Assembly (NCBI GenBank): GCA_017609985.1
Contig: JAFCCW010000004.1
Location: 1 to 64,000, forward strand
Length of the DNA: 64,000 nt
Source: Candidatus Iainarchaeum sp.
GTDB lineage: Archaea > Iainarchaeota > Iainarchaeia > Iainarchaeales > JAFCCW01
Reading direction: 5' to 3'
Position 1 is the stretch's first letter; each line of letters starts with the position of its first letter. The translations under genes were made by a program, and so were the position numbers. The notes beneath the pieces were generated by a model. The model did not search any database, was not told the DNA's origin, and saw nothing but the letters and a program-made list of their open reading frames with translations. Shown in pieces: positions 57,965-64,000 of the stretch.

Positions 57965-58043
57965 AGCAGAAATACATCTAATAAACTTTTATCAAATTTT
58001 ATACGGAAACTATTAAAAAGCTTTGTTCAAAAGTCTTGTTTAT

Positions 58044-59099
58044 ATGCTTGAATTTCTTTCACAACAGTATTTTGGAAACAATCTTTTACAGTATTCTTTA
58101 TTCTTCGGAACACTTATAATTTCTTTGATAGTTGGAAAAATACTTTCTTTTATTATCAAAAACTATGCTCAAAAACTTGCTGACAAAACCAAGAGCAAGA
58201 TAGATGACATGCTACTTGACATAATTGAGAAACCAATTCTTGTAATTCTTGTTCTATTGGGTGCTGGTGTTGGTTTTCAGTTTTTGAATTCTCCAAACAG
58301 CTTTGCTGATTTTTTTTATAATTCATTAAGTATTGTTGGGGTAATCATCTTTGCCTGGTTTTTAATCAGGCTTGTTGATGCTTTCATTGAAGAAGTTGTA
58401 AAACCTGGTTTTGACAAAACAGAGTCAAAACTTGATGACCAGCTTCTTCCCATAATCTCGAGAGGAGTTAAAGCTTCAATCATAATAATTGCTTTTGTAG
58501 TAATTCTTTCCTCTTTCGGATATGATGTTACTGCATTGGTTGCAGGTCTTGGAATCGGAGGTCTTGCTTTTGCTTTTGCTGCAAAGGAAACAATCTCTGA
58601 CGCATTTGGGGGGTTAAGCATTTTCACAAGCAAACCATTTGTTGTTGGCGACTGGGTTCAAATAGACAAAGTTGTTGGGGTTGTTGAAGAAGTTGGCTTA
58701 AGGTTCACGAGAATAAGAAACCTTGACAAGCGACTTGTTACAATTCCAAACAGCAAGGTTGCAAAAGGAATAATCGAAAATATTTCTTCTGCTCCAAAAA
58801 GAAAAATAGTGCTTAACCTTGGTCTTACTTATGGAACATCCTCTGCAAAGCTGGAGAAAGCAAAAAAGATGCTGTCAGACATCATAAACAAACATCCTGA
58901 GTGTGAGGATAATCCTCATATTTCTTTTTCTGAATTTAAGGACTCCTCCTTGAACTTGTTTGTAATCTATTATATTCTTCCCGGCGAAAAAAGCTGGCTT
59001 GAAGTCAGAGGGGAAATAAACGATGAAATCAAAAAACAGTTTGATAAGGCAAAGCTTGATTTTGCTTTTCCGAGCCAGTCAATTTATTTAGAAAAATAA
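58044..59099 (+). CDS. small-conductance mechanosensitive channel (MscS family)
   Basis: AGLGIGGLAFAFAAKETI, KPFVVGDWV, GLRFTRIR, IPNS, FAFPSQ. Confidence 0.95.
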   Translation: MLEFLSQQYFGNNLLQYSLFFGTLIISLIVGKILSFIIKNYAQKLADKTKSKIDDMLLDIIEKPILVILVLLGAGVGFQFLNSPNSFADFFYNSLSIVGVIIFAWFLIRLVDAFIEEVVKPGFDKTESKLDDQLLPIISRGVKASIIIIAFVVILSSFGYDVTALVAGLGIGGLAFAFAAKETISDAFGGLSIFTSKPFVVGDWVQIDKVVGVVEEVGLRFTRIRNLDKRLVTIPNSKVAKGIIENISSAPKRKIVLNLGLTYGTSSAKLEKAKKMLSDIINKHPECEDNPHISFSEFKDSSLNLFVIYYILPGEKSWLEVRGEINDEIKKQFDKAKLDFAFPSQSIYLEK

Positions 59100-59135
59100 T
59101 AGCAGTTTTTTAAATATCTGTTTCCTAACTAGTTA

Positions 59136-59705
59136 ATGCTTGCAAAATCAAATATCTCAAAGTCAAACATTTCAAAGCCAAATATTCGGGAAGCAGACAT
59201 CTTGGAAAAAATACTTCCTTATGTAGAAGATGGCGAGCGTCTTTTAGATGTTGGTTGTGGAAAAGGCAAAATTGCAAAAATAATTTCTCAGAAAAAAGAT
59301 GTTCTTGTTGTTGGAGCAGAAATTTATGATTCCAATTGCTGTATTGACTGCAAGCGGTTTGATGGTTGCAATCTTCCGTTTAAAGATTCTTCTTTTAATA
59401 CTGTTGTTGTTGTAGATGTTATTCATCATGCAGACGATGGTTTGAAGCTCCTTAACGAGCTCTGCAGAGTTGCGTCAAAAAAAGTCATAATTCGAGATCA
59501 TTATTATTCAAGCTGGCTGGGCCTCTTATTTCTCAAATTTGTTGACTGGACAACAAACATAATTCATGGAGTCAGCACTCCGTTTAATTTTAGGACAAAA
59601 AAAGAATGGGAAAAAGACCTTGCTTCTTTGCCCGCAAAAAACTTAAAAATTGAGTATTATCCTAAATTTGGGATAAAAAACATTGTTGCAGTTCTTTTTC
59701 TCTAA
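59136..59705 (+). CDS. class I SAM-dependent methyltransferase
   Basis: LLDVGCGKG, LPFKDSSFN, DVIHH, ELCRV; N-terminus has 3x15-bp KSNIS repeat. Confidence 0.88.
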   Translation: MLAKSNISKSNISKPNIREADILEKILPYVEDGERLLDVGCGKGKIAKIISQKKDVLVVGAEIYDSNCCIDCKRFDGCNLPFKDSSFNTVVVVDVIHHADDGLKLLNELCRVASKKVIIRDHYYSSWLGLLFLKFVDWTTNIIHGVSTPFNFRTKKEWEKDLASLPAKNLKIEYYPKFGIKNIVAVLFL

Positions 59706-59758
59706 TCGTTTTTTGATTGTCTTTTTCTTTAAAATAATTAGTTCGATAAACAGCTAAC

Positions 59759-59805
59759 AAGAAATACTTTTAATAAGAAATACTTTTTTTAATAAGAAAT
59801 ACTTT
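59759..59805. repeat. 3x AAGAAATACTTT(T)nAAT tandem repeat between convergent genes
   Basis: Direct reading; T-tracts may act as terminators. Confidence 0.65.
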
Positions 59806-59863
59806 ATTTCTTTTATTAATATTCTATATATTAAAACCACAATTTACTTCTTTAATAACTTCT

Positions 59864-62557
59864 TTATTTCTTTTTCTTCTTTTTTTCAAATTTCAACAGA
59901 GCCTTGTATGCGTTTTCTTCAGGAATATTCTCCATTTCAAAGCCTCTTGCCTTGCACACATCCACCATTATCCTGTTTTCCTTCATTATTGTGCCGTAAA
60001 CCTGCTTTAATCCTCTTTTTCTTGCAATCTCAAGAATATAATCCATCATTTCGCTTCCCAGTCCCTTGCCCTGCCATGGATCCCCCACAACTATTGCAAA
60101 CTCTGCACTCTCATTGTTTGGGTCGTGAATAAGCCTTACTACTCCGAGCATTTTTTTCTCACCTTTTTCTTCAGCTTCTGCAATAATTCCTATTTCTCGG
60201 TCATAGTCATTGTGAGTATATCTGACAAGCAAATCATGGGTTACCTCTTTGATTATCCTAAAAAATCTGTACTTCATGGTTTTCTCGCTAAATGTCTTGA
60301 ACATTTCTGCTTCCATTGGCTCGTACTCTGGTCTGTTTGGCTTTAGCATGATTTTTTTTCCATCAACATTAATTTCTTTAATCAATTCCTTTGGATAAGG
60401 TCTTATTGCAAGATGTGAATAGGTTTCATCTTTTTCCTTTGGCTCGCTTTCAAGAATAATTCTTGCATCAAGCACAACAGCACCCTGTTCATCAACTAAA
60501 ACAGGATTCATATCAACCTCTTTTATTTCCGGAAAGTCAGCAAGCAAATAAGAAAACCTAATAAGCATGTTTTCCAGCTCACGAATATTCGCAGGCTTCT
60601 TGTGCCGGTAACCCTTCATTGCATCAAACACTTTTGTTTCCTCCATAAGCCTTCTTGCAAGAGTCTGTGTTAGGGGTGGCAATGCAATATTTCTGTCCTT
60701 CATAACCTCAACTGCTGTTCCCCCTGCCCCAAAAACAATAACTGAACCAAACAAGCTGTCCTTTTTGGAACCAATCAATACCTCATAACCCTCTTTATTA
60801 ATCATTCTTTGAACAGTGACTCCCTCTACTTTTGCATCTGGATTTGCTTTCTTCACATTCTCCATTATTGTTGTAAAAGCAGTTTCAACTCCTTTTGTTG
60901 ACTGCAGGTTAAGAATTACTCCTCCAACATCGCTCTTGTGAGTAACCTCTTTTGAATCAATCTTGAGCACAACAGGAAATCCAATTTTTTCAGCTGCCTT
61001 TCCCGCTTCCAACCCATTCTCTGCCTTAACTGTTTCAACTGAATGAATTCCATACTCTTTCATAAAATTCTTGCTCTCTGCCTCTGTCAAAATCATTCTC
61101 TTTTCCCTGCACGCTCCGGAAATTATTCTTTTCAGTTCTTTCTTGTCTGGATTAATTCCTGAAACAACTGCTTCCGGTGTCTCGTAAAGAAGCTCTACAT
61201 TGTGCTTGTATCTATACATGTTCATGAAAGTGCTCACAGCATCTTCCGGGGTAAAATAATTTGGAATATTGTTACTGTGAAGAGTATTTACTGCTTCTCT
61301 CACTGAAGTCTCCCCAATAAAAGACGCAAACACTGGCTTATCTGTAAGCTTTGCATTTTCAATAATTGCCTTTGCGCTACCGGTTGCATCACTGCCATCC
61401 TGTGGAGTAAAGATTGCAAGAATTCCGTCAGCATCAGATTTTTTTGCGCAAACCCTTAGTGCTGAATCATATCTCTCTGCCTTTGCATCTCCCAAGATAT
61501 CAACTGGATTGCTTCTGCTCCAACACTTTGGAAGAACCGCATCAAGCTCTTTTACTCCCTTACTGTTAAGCGAAGCAAGCTCTCCACCCTTTTCAATTAA
61601 TTCATCAGTAGCCATTACTCCTGGTCCGCCTGCGTTTGTAATAATGCAGAGTTTTTTTCCTGAAGGACGGGGCTGCATTCCAAGAACCTGTGCACAGTTG
61701 AACAAGTCTTCAATATCATAAACACGAAGCACTCCAGCTCTCTTGAAAGCAGCATCATATATTGCATCTTCCCCTGCCAAAGCACCAGTGTGGGAAGCAG
61801 CAGCCTCTGCACTCTCCGCAAACCTGCCGCTCTTAACAACAATTATTGGCTTGCTTCTGGCAAAACCTGAAGCAGCAGACATGAAAGATCGCGCATCCTT
61901 TATTGACTCAATATACAAAATAATACTGTGAGTGTGACTGTCTTCTCCAAAATAATCAATCAAATCACCAAAGTCAACGTCAAGCATTGAACCAATCGAA
62001 ACAAAGTTGCTGAAACCAATGTTGTTGTAAGTAGCCCAGTCAATAACTGAAGTGCAGAGCGCACCAGACTGGCTTACAAAAGCAACACTTCCTTCCAACG
62101 GCATCATCGGAGCAAAGCTTGCATTAAGATTCAGTGGAGGCCGAATTATTCCAAGACAATTTGGTCCAATAAGCCTCATGTTCTTTTTTCTGGCAGTTTC
62201 TGCAATATTTTGCTCTAGCTTTTTTCCCTCTTCATCCAACTCTCCAAATCCTGCTGAAACAATTACTGCACCGCCAACGTCTGAATCAGCACATTCTTGA
62301 ATCACGCCTGGAACAAACTTTGCAGGAACAGCTACTACTGCTAAATCAATTTCTGCAGGCACTTCTTTTATTGAAGTATACGAGTGTATTCCCTGAACAC
62401 TTTTATGGTTTGGATTAACTGGGTAAACAGTTCCCTCAAAACCTCTTCCAATCATGTTTTTGAGAAGAGAATAACCAACCGAACCCTGCTTTGAACTGGC
62501 TCCAACCACAGCAATATTCTTGGGAGAAAAAATCTTGTCCAAGTTCTTCGTACTCAA
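59864..62557 (-). CDS. acetate-CoA ligase (ADP-forming)-like / GNAT fusion, Pat/YfiQ-type lysine acetyltransferase
   Basis: IAVVGAS, GPNCLG, SQSGA, SHTGALAG, NAGGPG, NPVD, HKSDVGGV, DMNP; C-terminal GNAT RFF...AEFAIVVGDPWQGKGLG. Confidence 0.93.
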   Translation of the reverse strand: MSTKNLDKIFSPKNIAVVGASSKQGSVGYSLLKNMIGRGFEGTVYPVNPNHKSVQGIHSYTSIKEVPAEIDLAVVAVPAKFVPGVIQECADSDVGGAVIVSAGFGELDEEGKKLEQNIAETARKKNMRLIGPNCLGIIRPPLNLNASFAPMMPLEGSVAFVSQSGALCTSVIDWATYNNIGFSNFVSIGSMLDVDFGDLIDYFGEDSHTHSIILYIESIKDARSFMSAASGFARSKPIIVVKSGRFAESAEAAASHTGALAGEDAIYDAAFKRAGVLRVYDIEDLFNCAQVLGMQPRPSGKKLCIITNAGGPGVMATDELIEKGGELASLNSKGVKELDAVLPKCWSRSNPVDILGDAKAERYDSALRVCAKKSDADGILAIFTPQDGSDATGSAKAIIENAKLTDKPVFASFIGETSVREAVNTLHSNNIPNYFTPEDAVSTFMNMYRYKHNVELLYETPEAVVSGINPDKKELKRIISGACREKRMILTEAESKNFMKEYGIHSVETVKAENGLEAGKAAEKIGFPVVLKIDSKEVTHKSDVGGVILNLQSTKGVETAFTTIMENVKKANPDAKVEGVTVQRMINKEGYEVLIGSKKDSLFGSVIVFGAGGTAVEVMKDRNIALPPLTQTLARRLMEETKVFDAMKGYRHKKPANIRELENMLIRFSYLLADFPEIKEVDMNPVLVDEQGAVVLDARIILESEPKEKDETYSHLAIRPYPKELIKEINVDGKKIMLKPNRPEYEPMEAEMFKTFSEKTMKYRFFRIIKEVTHDLLVRYTHNDYDREIGIIAEAEEKGEKKMLGVVRLIHDPNNESAEFAIVVGDPWQGKGLGSEMMDYILEIARKRGLKQVYGTIMKENRIMVDVCKARGFEMENIPEENAYKALLKFEKKKKKK

Positions 62558-62773
62558 TAAATCACCCTTTGTTCATCAAATCTTTCTTAACTCAAAATAA
62601 AAAATAAAGAAAAAAAGCTATTAATATAGTTTGCGAGAAAAAATATTAATAAATCTATTTGATTGTTTGTTCTGGAAAAATTCTTGGTCAATTTCCTCTT
62701 GCTCACTGTTCACACAAGAAAGCAAAAGAATTTAAAACAAAACGCAGACCAAATTAATAGTAATGCGATTTTT

Positions 62774-62845
62774 GCCCCTGTAGTCTAATGGTTAGGATAC
62801 AGCCCTGTCAAGGCTGTGATTCGGGTTCGAACCCCGGCGGGGGCG
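62774..62845 (+). tRNA. tRNA-Asp(GTC)
   Basis: GCCCCTG...CAGCC CT GTC AA GGCTG...TCGGG TTCGAAC CCCGG CGGGGGC G; no encoded CCA. Confidence 0.95.
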
Positions 62846-62857
62846 CTTTAATCCTTC

Positions 62858-63298
62858 TCATTCTTCCAAAATTCTTTTTTCAAAAAACCAGGCAAGCCCT
62901 ATTCCTGCTAATGGAAGTTCTATCAGGGGAGCAAAAGCCCAGCTTGCAACAATTGCGAGAGGATAGTTCATTGAAGTAAGCACAAGAAACTGCCCGGGCA
63001 CTGTTGCAACAATCCAGACAAGAAAGCCAAACACTAATCCTTTTTTGACAAATCCCCTGGCTTTAACACAGTCTCCAAGCTGTGAATAAACTCCAGCCAT
63101 TGCTAAACCGTAAACAAATGGGTGAAGAAAAAACAAAAGCATCATTGGGTCGTCCCAAGCCCTCATTCCTGGTTGTCCAGCCAGCCACTCTCCATAATCT
63201 GGAATCATTGCTTCAAATGCAAAATTCATCATAATCATTATTAAAAAAATTATTACTCCTGCAACAAGACCTGCTCCAACAATCTTTTTCAAATTCAA
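62858..63298 (-). CDS. hypothetical 4-TM membrane protein
   Basis: Four hydrophobic helices; KGLVFG motif. Confidence 0.75.
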   Translation of the reverse strand: MNLKKIVGAGLVAGVIIFLIMIMMNFAFEAMIPDYGEWLAGQPGMRAWDDPMMLLFFLHPFVYGLAMAGVYSQLGDCVKARGFVKKGLVFGFLVWIVATVPGQFLVLTSMNYPLAIVASWAFAPLIELPLAGIGLAWFFEKRILEE

Positions 63299-63307
63299 TT
63301 AATCACC

Positions 63308-64000
63308 TCATAAAAAAATCTGCTTTACGCTAATAATGTTTTCAATGTTTTTTAATTTATCCATAACTTCTTCGCTGAGTGCAGAGTCAAGATTTATTAT
63401 CGCAAGAGCTTTTTCTCCCTTGCTTTTTCTGCCAAGATGCCATTCTCCGATATTTATTTTGTTTTCTCCAAGCAGGGTTCCCACTGCTCCAATTACTCCT
63501 GGCTTGTCGTAATTTTCCATGAGCAAAATTGTCCCAGCAGGGATAAAATCAGTATTGAATTCTTTAAGCTGGACAATTCTTTGCTTTTTTCCTTCAAGAA
63601 TCGCTCCCTTTAAAACCTCGCTCTTGCTTCCATTGGATTTAACAGTTATCATGTTTGTGTAGTCTTCTTCTTCAAAACTTTTAGCCTGCTTTACTATGAT
63701 GCCGTGCTTTGCCGCAATGACTGGGGAATTAACATAGTTTACTCCGTCTCTTATTCTGGAAAGCAATCCCTTGAGAAACGCAACAGTAACAAGTTTTATT
63801 CTTCCCTCCATTTCTCCCCGCGCCTCTATTTCAATTCCCTTGCCTGCATCCTCAAGCTGAGAATGCAGGTTTCCCATTGCCTCGGCAAGCTCAAGAAACG
63901 GTCTTAGCTTTATATAGTCCTCTCCTTCAAACGGCAGGTTTACAACATTTCTATAGCTTTTTTCTTTCAGTGCATCAGCAACCTGTTCTGCAAGCTGAAT
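63308..64000 (-). CDS. serA: D-3-phosphoglycerate dehydrogenase, C-terminal part (ASB + ACT), truncated by window edge
   Basis: Frame open to 64000 (IQLAEQV...NVVNLP); LKGLL, VNYVN; ACT DKPGVIGAVGTLLGENKINI. Confidence 0.92.
   Translation of the reverse strand: MQLAEQVADALKEKSYRNVVNLPFEGEDYIKLRPFLELAEAMGNLHSQLEDAGKGIEIEARGEMEGRIKLVTVAFLKGLLSRIRDGVNYVNSPVIAAKHGIIVKQAKSFEEEDYTNMITVKSNGSKSEVLKGAILEGKKQRIVQLKEFNTDFIPAGTILLMENYDKPGVIGAVGTLLGENKINIGEWHLGRKSKGEKALAIINLDSALSEEVMDKLKNIENIISVKQIFL

Noticed and set aside
62774-64000. Integrated element at tRNA-Asp
   Set aside because: No integrase and no duplicated tRNA 3' end seen; neighbours are a membrane protein and serA

Overview
AT-rich archaeal genome segment. 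It is probably a DPANN lineage (Iainarchaeota/Diapherotrites-like); this is inferred from gene content and divergence, not tested. Most of the window is the minus-strand information-processing superoperon: split RNAP rpoH-B''-B'-A'-A'', then L30e-nusA-S12-S7-EF2-EF1a-S10, the S10/spc/alpha ribosomal clusters, and L7Ae-S28e-L24e-ndk-aIF5B-S6e-aIF2g-PIN-rpoE-spt4-S24e-S27ae-tsaC-kae1. Other genes: gltX, RtcB/archease, rpiB, a RelE-type toxin-antitoxin pair, TrmB, MEMO1, MscS, an ACD-GNAT (Pat-type) fusion, serA, tRNA-Leu(TAA) with an intron, and tRNA-Asp. The unusual signals lie inside the housekeeping genes. (1) The RNAP has clustered substitutions at near-invariant active-site positions (trigger loop, bridge helix, the Rpb2 R766 and E836 equivalents, fork loop). 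(2) More than a dozen ribosomal/RNAP proteins carry Lys/Glu tails, and a ~136-bp tail module is almost identical in rps3 and rps4, 12.4 kb apart. (3) uS12 has accuracy-type substitutions. (4) The operon-linked nucleotide kinases are decaying: cmk has lost its P-loop, ndk is truncated against dut, and adk is absent from its usual site. (5) There are candidate cis-regulatory RNAs upstream of L7Ae, L3 and rpoH. Alignments and RNA folds were done by eye.
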